Below are positions 8,933 to 18,413 of a DNA stretch of 47,632 bases, one piece after another (the stretch's first letter is position 1; the number at the start of each line of letters is the position of its first letter). The translations under genes and the position numbers were made by a program. Below the pieces are notes generated by a model, which was given only the letters and a program-made list of their open reading frames with translations, searched no databases and was not told the DNA's origin. The DNA is taken from sequence record SRR31156797_117. The stretch is one strand, 5' to 3'.

Positions 8933-10126
8933 TTATCTTCGTTTAGCCAACCAATCTTCGGGATTCATCTTTTCAAATTCTCGCCAAACCTGGAATTTAA
9001 AAGTCCCAATTCCTTCTTCCTTATCTGTATGAACAATTCCAATGGTTTGTTTGCTCTCAACTTTTTCACCAACTTTTACAAAAACTTCATCCAAATTACT
9101 ATAAACCGTCATATACTTACCATGTCGGATGATGCAGGTTTTATTTAAACCTGAAATTTTAAAAATTTTACGAACCTCACCGTTAAATACACTCCTAACA
9201 ACTTCTCCGGGGTTTGTTGAAATATCTACACCATCATTGTTTATTTTTATTCCTTTCAAAACAGGATGCGGATGAACGCCAAAGCGTTCTGTAACAACAC
9301 CTCTAACAATTGGCCATGGCAATCTGGATTTGTTACTGGCAAAATTATCATCAATTAGTTTTTCTTCAGGGGTTAACGCAAATGTGTTGTCTTTCTTGCT
9401 TCGTGCAATTTCTTCTGCAATTAATTTCTGAATTTGATCCTGGAGCTTTTCAGCTAATTGCTGTTTAAGCTTAAGTTCGTTCTTTAGCTCTTTTTCTTTT
9501 TGACTTAATTTTTGTACAACCTTTCGCTGACTAGATCTTTCAGAACTAAGCAAATCTCTTTCTCGTTGACGTTGAGCTAAAATTTCGGTTTTTTCTTTTT
9601 TGGAACTGTTTAGCTCTGCAATTTTTTCTTCAATAACAAGCTGAGTTGCAGAAATACTCTCTGCCTGCTTTCTTCGATAACGGTTATAGTGTTGTAAATA
9701 TTTTAATCTTCTGTATGCCTGGTTAAAATCTTCCGCACTAAAAATAAACATCAACCTATCATAGCTATTTCTATTTCTATAAGCATAGTAAATAAGTTTA
9801 GCATACTCTTTTTTAATATCCTCTAAATCACTTTTAAGTGATTCTATTAATATCTGATTTTCAAGTATTTGCTGATTAATCGTATTTAAATCATTTTCAA
9901 TTTGATATATTAATTGTTTGCGCAGATTAACCTTTTTACTAATAATAGCCAACTGATTCAAAGTCGAGCTTTTTTGTTTTTTATTTTGCTGTAATAGTGT
10001 ATTGGTATATTGAATTTCCTTGATCAACGAGCGACGCTTCTTTTCTAGTTCTGTGCGTTCTTGCGCGCTTGCAAAAATGGATAAAACAAAAACAAATAAT
10101 AGTATATGTAAAAATCTTAAGGCCAT
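8933..10126 (-). CDS. envC: Murein hydrolase activator EnvC-like (coiled coil plus degenerate M23/LytM domain)
   Basis: Signal peptide, long coiled coil, LPWPIVRG, NDGVDI, IIRHGKYMTVYSNL; the Zn-binding His residues are absent, as in EnvC. Confidence 0.8.
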   Translation of the reverse strand: MALRFLHILLFVFVLSIFASAQERTELEKKRRSLIKEIQYTNTLLQQNKKQKSSTLNQLAIISKKVNLRKQLIYQIENDLNTINQQILENQILIESLKSDLEDIKKEYAKLIYYAYRNRNSYDRLMFIFSAEDFNQAYRRLKYLQHYNRYRRKQAESISATQLVIEEKIAELNSSKKEKTEILAQRQRERDLLSSERSSQRKVVQKLSQKEKELKNELKLKQQLAEKLQDQIQKLIAEEIARSKKDNTFALTPEEKLIDDNFASNKSRLPWPIVRGVVTERFGVHPHPVLKGIKINNDGVDISTNPGEVVRSVFNGEVRKIFKISGLNKTCIIRHGKYMTVYSNLDEVFVKVGEKVESKQTIGIVHTDKEEGIGTFKFQVWREFEKMNPEDWLAKRR

Positions 10127-10884
10127 ATTTGTTCGTATTTATCAGGAATACGGAATGGAATTTTAAAGCTTGAATTAATCACTATTTTCTTATAATTAAG
10201 ATCAAGGTTTATAAACTGATCATCTTTCTTCAAATTAACTTTAATCTCTTGCGGAAGGACATTTGACTTAAGATCCACATAATCATTAAATGCAATACTT
10301 AACCCGGCATTTTGTTTAATATCTTTAAAAATTATAGATGTCAGTTTTTGATATTTAGGATTTAACACATACTTTTTAGTGGATGAGTTATCATTATTCG
10401 AAGAGATCTCAAAAAAGCCTTCATTGGTTTTAACTACTGAACTATCCATTGTTTCGGGTATAGCCATTAATCTATTTGTAAGTACTTGTTCTACAAATTC
10501 ATAATCAATATCTACATTAAACTTATCTTTGATATAGTTATAATCCGTTATGAAATAAGTCTTATTTTGTCTATTGATAAATTTGATTTCTTTAGGTGTA
10601 AATAATAATCTGGCTGCCTCAATTCCCATAGGTGAAATTGAAATCCAAATTTTTTCATTTCGTATAATTCTGAGCATTCCTCTAAATTTGAGGCTTCGAT
10701 CATTATTCTCAAAACTTCCAGAATACTTAATACTATAATTGTCTATTTTATCTTCTTGTTTTTTAATATAACTAACTAATTCATCATAGTTTTCTGTAAG
10801 ATGCTTCTTTCTTAAAACAAATCTATTATTACATCCTACTATGAAGAATAAAGAAAATAAAATCAGAAATAATCTACTCCACAT
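10117..10884 (-). CDS. DUF4292 family lipoprotein
   Basis: Lipobox IVGC; LRIIRNEKIWISISPMGIEAARLLFTP and C-terminal PFRIPDKYEQI typical of the family; sits between TPR and envC genes. Alternative start 10899. Confidence 0.8.
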   Translation of the reverse strand: MWSRLFLILFSLFFIVGCNNRFVLRKKHLTENYDELVSYIKKQEDKIDNYSIKYSGSFENNDRSLKFRGMLRIIRNEKIWISISPMGIEAARLLFTPKEIKFINRQNKTYFITDYNYIKDKFNVDIDYEFVEQVLTNRLMAIPETMDSSVVKTNEGFFEISSNNDNSSTKKYVLNPKYQKLTSIIFKDIKQNAGLSIAFNDYVDLKSNVLPQEIKVNLKKDDQFINLDLNYKKIVINSSFKIPFRIPDKYEQIWP

Positions 10885-12595
10885 AGGTCTCTTTTTCAAC
10901 TTTCAACAATAATTTTTCTGTAGGATCATCCAATTTAACAGCTTCTTTCCATATTTGAATAGCCTCATCACTCCGTCCTAACTTAAATAATATATCACCG
11001 TAATGTTCCATAATGACACTAGAGTTTGAACCACCTTTGACCACAGCTTTTTCAATATACGTTAAAGCTTTATCAAATTCTTTCATTTTATATAAAATCC
11101 AGGCATATGTATCAAGATAAGTTGAATTATTTGGCTCAGCCTTAATAGTCTTAAGACTCATATTTTCAGCTTTTTCCAATTCCAAATCATGTTCACTTAA
11201 ATAATATGCATAATTATTCAAAAGGCTAATCTCATTTGGATTAATATCCAGCGCTTTATCAAAGAAGTCAAAAGCTAATTGAACACTGTCAAGGTTATAA
11301 TAAGATTCACCAATCAAATATAAAAACTGAAACTTTAACGGATCAGATTTACCCGTAATTTTATTTCCAAATTCTAAATCTTTAACAGAGGCTTCATATT
11401 GTTCTAAAAGCATATATGCAAGCCCTCGATAATAATATAGTTCTGCCTGATTAGGAAAATACTCAATGGCTTTACCGGCATGTTTAACTATACTTTCATT
11501 TGATTCTAATTCATTATCTATAATTATAAGTTGAATCCATGCATTTAAGTTATTTGGATTAGTTTCCAAAGCTTTTTCAAATTCAACTTGAGCTTCTTTA
11601 AATTTCTTACTTTGAGCTAACGTATTGGCATATAATAATCGCACTTCACTTTGATTTGGGTATTGTGCTTTTAAAGCCGTAATTAACTGATTTGCATAAT
11701 ATTCCAATTGAGGATCCTGTTGAGATATTTGAATAAAGTTGAATAAAACTTCAATTTTTCCTTCCACAGGGAATTGTGTTGAATTCATTAACTTGGCTAT
11801 ATAATCAAATGATTTTTTCATTTGCATATTACTTCTGTAATAATCAGCCATAGCTAATAATGCTTCAGGATTCTCCGGATCAAGTGCTAAAAGCTGCTTA
11901 TAAAATTCCAGCCCTTTAACAACATTCTTTTTTGCCAAATAAAAATTACCTGACAATTCAAGTACTTTAGGATTATTAGGATACAATTCACGGTAAGTTT
12001 TAAGGTCCTTTTCAAGTTCCTTAAGTTCATTTAATTGAACCCTAAGTTTATATTTATTAACTAATATTTGATCGTTAAAACCAAATTTGCTTTCATATTC
12101 ATTTATAAGCGAAAGTGCTTTCTTAAATTGCTTAGTACTTAAATAATAATCAGCTGCATGAAACCAACTTTCCTGATCTTGAGGAATGAGCTGCAGTAAT
12201 TCAGTATATAATTGCGAGACTAATTCAGCATTTTCAAGTTGTTGCGCTATATTAACTCTTAATTTATAATATAAGTAATTTTTAGGATCACGCTGAATAG
12301 CCAGACTAATATCTTCATAGGCTTGTTGTAAATTTTGAGATTGCAATTCCAACTTAGATTTTTCATATAAAGCAACAGGATGTAAACTATCTATTCCAAA
12401 AACCTTATCAAGTTGAACTCTAGCATCATCAAATTTATCATAAAGAAGATCTCTCTTATAATCTACAAATGCTCTTTCAATAGTTGCAACCTCCTTTTCA
12501 GAATATTTAGGCAGCTCAACAACCTCAACTTGTTCAGTGGTTTTACACGAAACAATCAATAAAACTAAGCCAAGTAGAATCAATAATTTATTCAT
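10874..12595 (-). CDS. Tetratricopeptide-repeat lipoprotein
   Basis: Lipobox IVSC; multiple TPRs; LNNYAYYLS, YLDTYAWILY, EHYGDIL. Confidence 0.92.
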   Translation of the reverse strand: MNKLLILLGLVLLIVSCKTTEQVEVVELPKYSEKEVATIERAFVDYKRDLLYDKFDDARVQLDKVFGIDSLHPVALYEKSKLELQSQNLQQAYEDISLAIQRDPKNYLYYKLRVNIAQQLENAELVSQLYTELLQLIPQDQESWFHAADYYLSTKQFKKALSLINEYESKFGFNDQILVNKYKLRVQLNELKELEKDLKTYRELYPNNPKVLELSGNFYLAKKNVVKGLEFYKQLLALDPENPEALLAMADYYRSNMQMKKSFDYIAKLMNSTQFPVEGKIEVLFNFIQISQQDPQLEYYANQLITALKAQYPNQSEVRLLYANTLAQSKKFKEAQVEFEKALETNPNNLNAWIQLIIIDNELESNESIVKHAGKAIEYFPNQAELYYYRGLAYMLLEQYEASVKDLEFGNKITGKSDPLKFQFLYLIGESYYNLDSVQLAFDFFDKALDINPNEISLLNNYAYYLSEHDLELEKAENMSLKTIKAEPNNSTYLDTYAWILYKMKEFDKALTYIEKAVVKGGSNSSVIMEHYGDILFKLGRSDEAIQIWKEAVKLDDPTEKLLLKVEKETYVE

Positions 12596-12605
12596 ATATT
12601 ATATT

Positions 12606-13034
12606 TTATTTACCACTATGTCCAAACCCGCCTTCACCTCTTTCTGTATCTGATAATTCAGAAACAAATTCTATTTGAGCTACTTCGTATTTATTTATTA
12701 CCATTTGTGCGATACGGTCTCCTGGATTAATAGTGTAATCTTTATCACTTAAATTCACAAGAATAACACCAACCTCGCCTCTGTAATCTGCATCGATAGT
12801 TCCAGGAGTATTTAAAACTGAAATACCATGTTTTAATGCTAAACCACTTCTTGGGCGTACCATTGCTTCATATCCTTTTTCCAGTTCAATAAATAATCCG
12901 GTAGGAACCAATACTCTTTGAAGAGGTTTGATTTTTAATTCATCTTGTAAATTTGCATGCAGATCCATTCCTGCCGAATCTACAGTTGCATATTTTAAAT
13001 CATAAGGACTCTTATTAATAACTTTTAACTTCAT
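12606..13034 (-). CDS. dut: dUTP diphosphatase
   Basis: [39 protein letters not shown] (all five dUTPase motifs). Confidence 0.98.
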   Translation of the reverse strand: MKLKVINKSPYDLKYATVDSAGMDLHANLQDELKIKPLQRVLVPTGLFIELEKGYEAMVRPRSGLALKHGISVLNTPGTIDADYRGEVGVILVNLSDKDYTINPGDRIAQMVINKYEVAQIEFVSELSDTERGEGGFGHSGK

Positions 13035-13037
13035 ATA

Positions 13038-14507
13038 TTATATTGATTTTGAACGTATTATTCTAAAAAATTCTTTATCCGTTAAAAATAAACTCGCAAG
13101 ATACACAAAGATAATAAGTGTACCGAATGATAGCGATAAAATCAAATTATCACTTTTAAACGTCCAAAAAGCAGCAACAAGTATAATACTTAGTGCCAAT
13201 TGAGTTAAAATCTTTTTCCAATCATAATCAATTTTATAATGCTTTCGACCGACTATAATATTAACAATCGCCATACTTGTAAAACAAATTAAAGTTGCAA
13301 TTGCCGCTCCCATATAGCCTAATCCCGGAACTAATAACACTAACATTACAATTGTAATACTGGCTCCGGCAAAAGTAAAATACATTCCAAACTTAGTTTT
13401 ATCAGTAACTTTAAACCATATACTAACATTATAATAAATTCCATAGAAGAAATTACCTAATAAAACAAATGGGACGATTTTTAAACCAACATGGTAACTT
13501 TCATCAATAAAGTGTTTTACAATATCAATATATCCAATAATGGCAACGAAAATAAATAATCCAATATAACTAAAAGCTTTGGTAATAAATGCATAAGTAA
13601 TTTTATGATCTTTTTGATCTGAAATGCGAAAAAAGAATGGTTCTACTCCGAACTTAAACATTTGAATGAATATCACCATCAAGGTGGCAATTTTATAATT
13701 TGCACCATATATACCAATTGCGTAATTAGCAGCATCATGATCTTCGATAAAAAAGTCTAAAATAAATTTATCTCCCACATCATTTATCATACCGGCTAAT
13801 CCACTAAAAACTATTGGATAACTATATAAGAAAATAGTAAAAATCAATTTCTTATCTAGATTTGAGATTTTAAATTTATATGTAGGAATCAAAAACAAAA
13901 TAGTCACAATATTGGCTAATAAATTACTTGCAAATGCATACTCGAATGTATAGGATTCAAAATATATAGAATTAAAAATTCCAATGTGCGTTAAATACGG
14001 TAGTATGAAAAAGAAAAATATATTAAAGCCAATATTTAAAACAATATTTGCAATTTTTAACGTAGAGAAAAGCTTTGCCTTGTTTTCATACCTAAGCTTT
14101 GCAAAAGGCAAAGACATAAATATATCAGTTAAAATAATTCCAAGCACTAACCATACTGCAATTGCAGCACTTTTTACATTCAATAATTCTGTAATATTCC
14201 CTACATTAAAACCTATTGATATTAAAGCAATTATACCCGTAATTATGATAAAAAAGAATGTATTGGTAAATACTTTACTACTACCATGCTTTTTAGCAAA
14301 TCTGAAATAACTCGTTTCTGTTCCAAAAGTTAATAATACAATTAGAAAGGCGCTATAAGCATATAGTTTAGTATAGATACCAAAATCAGGTTCAGCAAAA
14401 ATCCTTGTGTAAAAAGGAGTTAAAAATAAATAATTAAGGAATCGTGGTACTATTGTTCCTAAACCATATATTAAAGTTTGACCAGCTAGTTGCTTAATTT
14501 GATTCAC
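13038..14507 (-). CDS. Polysaccharide biosynthesis / Wzx-type (MOP superfamily) flippase
   Basis: 489 aa with about 12-14 TM segments; N-terminal LAGQTLIYGLGTIVPRFLNYL, GIYGANYK, EPFFF; GTG start. Confidence 0.82.
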   Translation of the reverse strand: MNQIKQLAGQTLIYGLGTIVPRFLNYLFLTPFYTRIFAEPDFGIYTKLYAYSAFLIVLLTFGTETSYFRFAKKHGSSKVFTNTFFFIIITGIIALISIGFNVGNITELLNVKSAAIAVWLVLGIILTDIFMSLPFAKLRYENKAKLFSTLKIANIVLNIGFNIFFFFILPYLTHIGIFNSIYFESYTFEYAFASNLLANIVTILFLIPTYKFKISNLDKKLIFTIFLYSYPIVFSGLAGMINDVGDKFILDFFIEDHDAANYAIGIYGANYKIATLMVIFIQMFKFGVEPFFFRISDQKDHKITYAFITKAFSYIGLFIFVAIIGYIDIVKHFIDESYHVGLKIVPFVLLGNFFYGIYYNVSIWFKVTDKTKFGMYFTFAGASITIVMLVLLVPGLGYMGAAIATLICFTSMAIVNIIVGRKHYKIDYDWKKILTQLALSIILVAAFWTFKSDNLILSLSFGTLIIFVYLASLFLTDKEFFRIIRSKSI

Positions 14508-14511
14508 GTGC

Positions 14512-15930
14512 TTAATCCTTAAAGAAAATTGTTTCGCCTTTTTTGAATGATTTTACTTTGTAAAGTTGGCCTTTTTTATTGAAATATTGCCAATGTCCCA
14601 CATTTCTTCCCACATCATAATATTCAATTTTCCGTCTGTTGCCATTTTTATAAAAGTAAATATGCTTCCCATTGGGTTTTCCTCTTAAATATTCTCCAAT
14701 ATAAGCTTTTTCACCATTATGATAAGTACCAATCCAGACTCCGTTTTGGGCTCCATCAAAATATTCACCTTTTAAGGTAAACTCTCCAATATTTTCAATC
14801 CATTTTTCCTGTTTCAAATCATTGTAATAAAACCCTTTTTGAATGATATTTCCATAAGGATCATAACTAATATAAAATCCATCTCTTTTACCAAAACGAA
14901 AAGTTTCAAGTCTTAATGTATCTCCATTTTTATAATACCAAAACCACTTTCCATTATATTTACCTTTATGAAAATTGCCTTTTTGCTCTATACTGCCATC
15001 CAGATAATAATATTTCCAGAAACCGTGCAAACGATTATTTAAATATTGACCTTTATACTTAACAGATCCATTTTTATAGTATCCGATTACATATCCATTT
15101 AATTGATAATTTAAAATATTGCCCTGTTCAATTTTATTTCCTAAAGAATCATAAATCAAATAGCTGATTGGATTTAATAGAGAATCATACAGAATATGTC
15201 TTCCAATTGGAACTCCATTTAAAAATTGACCTCTATAGGTAGTATCTTTTATTTTTTCTTCTAAACCTTCTATTGTGTACTTTACTTTTTCCTGCTCAGT
15301 TTTAAATTGATCTTCTATAATACTATCATTAGACAGCATAAGTTTCTTAGTAATATTAAAGTTTTTATCAAGCTCAATCCAGGTTCCTTCTTTCAAACCA
15401 TTGCTTTTTTGATTTACACTTTCATTAGTTACTAACCGATCATTATCATACACATTAATTATTTGAACTTCACCATTATCAGAAAAACGAATTTCATTAC
15501 CCTGCTTCTTATTTCGCACATAATTACTAACCATTTTTACAGATCCATTCTTATTATAAGTAAAAGATTTACCTTCAATTTGACCATCTACAAATAATTC
15601 TTTTTTAAGAAGATAATGAATAGAATCTTGAGTAAGCTTATAGGTATAGGTATAGCCGTTTTTAACCCCTTTATTATATTGAATCTTAAGTTTTAAATCT
15701 CCATTATGAAAATAAAAATTCCAGGTACTGTCTAATAATCCGTGATACCAATTCCCTTCAGATTTTAAGATACCATCTGGAAAATAATTTTTCCAATATC
15801 CATCTGGTCTACCATTATTCATAGATCCGGTAGCACTAATAGTACTATCCGGATAATAGTAGATTACATTTTCTTGAGCATTACTGATAAAAAAGAATAA
15901 ACTAAAGCCCAAGCTGAGCGCTAATTTCAA
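14512..15930 (-). CDS. Exported MORN-variant repeat protein (YwqK-like repeats)
   Basis: Many GxWxxYYxNGx(4-5)GxY repeats. The signal peptide LKLALSLGFSLFFFISNA fits a TTG start at 15930; the track starts at 15975. Confidence 0.8.
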   Translation of the reverse strand: MKLALSLGFSLFFFISNAQENVIYYYPDSTISATGSMNNGRPDGYWKNYFPDGILKSEGNWYHGLLDSTWNFYFHNGDLKLKIQYNKGVKNGYTYTYKLTQDSIHYLLKKELFVDGQIEGKSFTYNKNGSVKMVSNYVRNKKQGNEIRFSDNGEVQIINVYDNDRLVTNESVNQKSNGLKEGTWIELDKNFNITKKLMLSNDSIIEDQFKTEQEKVKYTIEGLEEKIKDTTYRGQFLNGVPIGRHILYDSLLNPISYLIYDSLGNKIEQGNILNYQLNGYVIGYYKNGSVKYKGQYLNNRLHGFWKYYYLDGSIEQKGNFHKGKYNGKWFWYYKNGDTLRLETFRFGKRDGFYISYDPYGNIIQKGFYYNDLKQEKWIENIGEFTLKGEYFDGAQNGVWIGTYHNGEKAYIGEYLRGKPNGKHIYFYKNGNRRKIEYYDVGRNVGHWQYFNKKGQLYKVKSFKKGETIFFKD

Positions 15931-16897
15931 GCATTTTTTCAATAGGTTTGGCTGCTTTTTTCCGTAATTCTTCATCTAAAGTAATTTCAGGAACTTCATA
16001 TTTCATTGCCAAATAAATCTTTTTGAGCGTATTAAGCTTCATAAATTTACAATCATTACAAGCACATGTGCTATCTTCAGGTGGAGCAGGAATAAAATGT
16101 TTATTTGGTGAAAATTTACGCATTTGATGCAATATACCAGATTCTGTGGCAACAATATATTGGTCGTTACTGTCTGTTTGAGTATATTTTAATAATGAAC
16201 TAGTGCTTCCAATATGATCAGCTAAAACAAGCAAATCACTTTGACATTCAGGATGAGCAATTATTTTAGCATTTGGATTTTCTTTTTTTAATTCCAGTAA
16301 TTTGGGAATACTAAATTCTTTATGCACATGACAAGCACCATCCCAAAGTAACATATCTCTACCAGATATTTTATTAATATATGAACCTAGGTTTTTGTCA
16401 GGAGCAAATATTAATTTTTCATCTTTTGGAAAACTATTTACAATTTGAACAGCATTAGAACTGGTAACACAAACATCTGTAAGTGCTTTAACTTCAGTTG
16501 AACTATTAATGTATGTAATAACTTTATGATCGGGATGAGCTTTTACAAATTTTTCAAATTCATCAGCTGGAGCAGAATCAGCTAATGAACACCCTGCATT
16601 TAAATCAGGTAAAACAACTTTTTTATCAGGATTAACCAATTTAGCCGTTTCGGCCATAAAATGCACACCTGCAAAAACAATTAGGTCGGCATTAGTTTTT
16701 GCTGCTTCTTGAGCTAGAGCTAAACTATCACCTAATATATCAGATATTTCTTGAATATCATCGGTTTGATAATAGTGACCTAAAATAATGGCGTTTTTTT
16801 CTTTCTTTAATTTTTCAATCTCAGATTTAAAATCTATATCTTTCGGTAATTCGATATCTAAAAAGCCCTTTTCTTTTATATTATTATTTATATCCAT
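15902..16897 (-). CDS. nadA: Quinolinate synthase
   Basis: ILGHYYQ, GDSLALA, GVHFMAETAK, AGCSLA, YINSS, GACHVH, AHPEC, CKFMKLN (three Fe-S cysteines). Confidence 0.98.
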   Translation of the reverse strand: MDINNNIKEKGFLDIELPKDIDFKSEIEKLKKEKNAIILGHYYQTDDIQEISDILGDSLALAQEAAKTNADLIVFAGVHFMAETAKLVNPDKKVVLPDLNAGCSLADSAPADEFEKFVKAHPDHKVITYINSSTEVKALTDVCVTSSNAVQIVNSFPKDEKLIFAPDKNLGSYINKISGRDMLLWDGACHVHKEFSIPKLLELKKENPNAKIIAHPECQSDLLVLADHIGSTSSLLKYTQTDSNDQYIVATESGILHQMRKFSPNKHFIPAPPEDSTCACNDCKFMKLNTLKKIYLAMKYEVPEITLDEELRKKAAKPIEKMLEISAQLGL

Positions 16898-17456
16898 AAA
16901 ATTTTATTTCTATGATGATGATAATATGCTGTGAATTCGTGTAAAAAAAGAACACAAAAAGTTTGCAATTTTCGTTTTAAACAATGTAAAAGATAAAATT
17001 AACAGTAAAACTGAATATAAATCCTTTAAAATCAAGTAATATTTTATATTTATTAACAATTGTTCACAAAAGTAGTTTTAATAAATTAAAAGATAAACGC
17101 AGTTAATAAATATACATTTTGATGTTAGTAAAAATTCAAATGAAATGAAAAAAAAATTTGCATTTTTTAATTTCATGTTTCATAGATAACGAAATTAAAA
17201 ATCCAAGACAATTAATATTTTTTTACACGTATTTTTACCCGGGTTTTATCAACAGGGTTTATAATAACGAAACATTTGTTTTACAAATAATTAACAAACA
17301 AGGTATTTTTACCGGGTTGTTTTACAATCAATTAACATGCGTTGATAAATAAAAATGAAAGATTTCTTGCATTTTTCCAATGTCAATAATATCAGACAAT
17401 TATTTTTATTATTTTTGTTAATTACAATCGGTTCGAAATAAATGTGAATATTAAGG
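16898..17456. other. Candidate chromosomal replication origin (oriC)
   Basis: 559-bp very AT-rich gap between divergent genes. DnaA-box-like 9-mers at 16930, 16938, 17050, 17060, 17101, 17221, 17246, 17288 and 17340; trinucleotide run next to the first box pair; parS and mnmG about 14 kb away. Confidence 0.72.
17410..17417 (+). promoter_or_regulatory. Bacteroidota -7 promoter element for rpiB
   Basis: TATTTTTG (TAnnTTTG) about 40 nt upstream of the rpiB ATG; short motif in AT-rich DNA. Confidence 0.45.
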
Positions 17457-17894
17457 ATGACTAAAAAAATATTACTTGCCTCTGATCATGCTGCATTTCC
17501 TATGAAGAATCATTTGGTTTTTTGGTTGCGTCAGCAGAATTATGAGGTTATTGATTTGGGTACAGATAACGAAGAAAGCACCGATTATGCTGATTATGGG
17601 CATAAGCTTGGAGAGTTGATGGATAAGGATAATTCTTACCTTGGCATAGCGCTTTGTGGAAGTGGAAATGGAATGAATATGTCATTAGGTAAACATAAAA
17701 GTACGAGAAGCGCTTTGTGTTGGAATGTTGAAATTACGAAGATGGCCCGGTTACATAACGATGCAAATGTATTAGTTATGCCAGGCAGATATGTTACTCA
17801 AAATGAAGCAGAAGAAATGGTAAGTGTTTTTTTAAACACCCCATTTGAAGGGGGAAGACATGAGCGCAGAATAAAAAAAATACCATTAAAATAA
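17457..17894 (+). CDS. rpiB: Ribose-5-phosphate isomerase B
   Basis: ASDHAA, STDYADY, LCGSGNG, ARLHNDANVL, FEGGRHERRI. Confidence 0.95.
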   Translation: MTKKILLASDHAAFPMKNHLVFWLRQQNYEVIDLGTDNEESTDYADYGHKLGELMDKDNSYLGIALCGSGNGMNMSLGKHKSTRSALCWNVEITKMARLHNDANVLVMPGRYVTQNEAEEMVSVFLNTPFEGGRHERRIKKIPLK

Positions 17895-17900
17895 ACGACT

Positions 17901-18338
17901 ATGCTTTCAAATACGTGTAAATATGGAATTAGAGCTATTATTTATTTAGCTTTAGAAGATAATGATAAGAAAGTTGGCATAAAGCAAATAGCCGAGGATT
18001 TAGACATTCCAAGTCCTTTCTTAAGCAAGATATTGCAACTTTTAGCGAAAAATAAAATATTGAATTCAACTAAAGGTCCACATGGCGGTTTTGGATTAGG
18101 TAAACCGGCTGAGGAAATTAAATTGATGGATATTGTCCGTATTATAGATGGAATGGATTTTTTCGAAACCTGTTTAATTGGAATGAAAAGTTGTACCGAT
18201 CCAGATGCTTCTATTAGATGTCCAATTCATAATCAATATAGTCCAATCAGAGAGAAAACAAGAGCCCTTTTTGAAAATACATCTATTAAAAACCTGGCAG
18301 ATGACATAAAGCTTTCTGGAGGAGAGGTTAGAATTTAA
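17901..18338 (+). CDS. Rrf2 family transcriptional regulator (three C-terminal Cys)
   Basis: MLSNTCKYGIRA, IPSPFLSKILQLL, STKGPHGGF; CLIGMKSC...CPIH. Confidence 0.93.
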   Translation: MLSNTCKYGIRAIIYLALEDNDKKVGIKQIAEDLDIPSPFLSKILQLLAKNKILNSTKGPHGGFGLGKPAEEIKLMDIVRIIDGMDFFETCLIGMKSCTDPDASIRCPIHNQYSPIREKTRALFENTSIKNLADDIKLSGGEVRI

Positions 18339-18413
18339 CAATTTTTTCATCAAGTGTTTTGTTGATTAAGAATTTCAATTTGTAACTTCATCACCATTCT
18401 AATTGGTATAAAT

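Noticed and set aside
14512-15930. Toxin-antitoxin system (YwqK-type antitoxin label)
   Set aside because: Only generic MORN-variant repeats with a signal peptide; no toxin gene is adjacent.
17158-17352. 64-aa ORF in the candidate origin
   Set aside because: TTG start, F/I/N-rich composition typical of AT-rich non-coding DNA, and it overlaps the box and repeat cluster.
8900-17456. Horizontally acquired island suggested by low GC
   Set aside because: Contains core genes in a continuous run, with no integrase, tRNA or flanking direct repeats.
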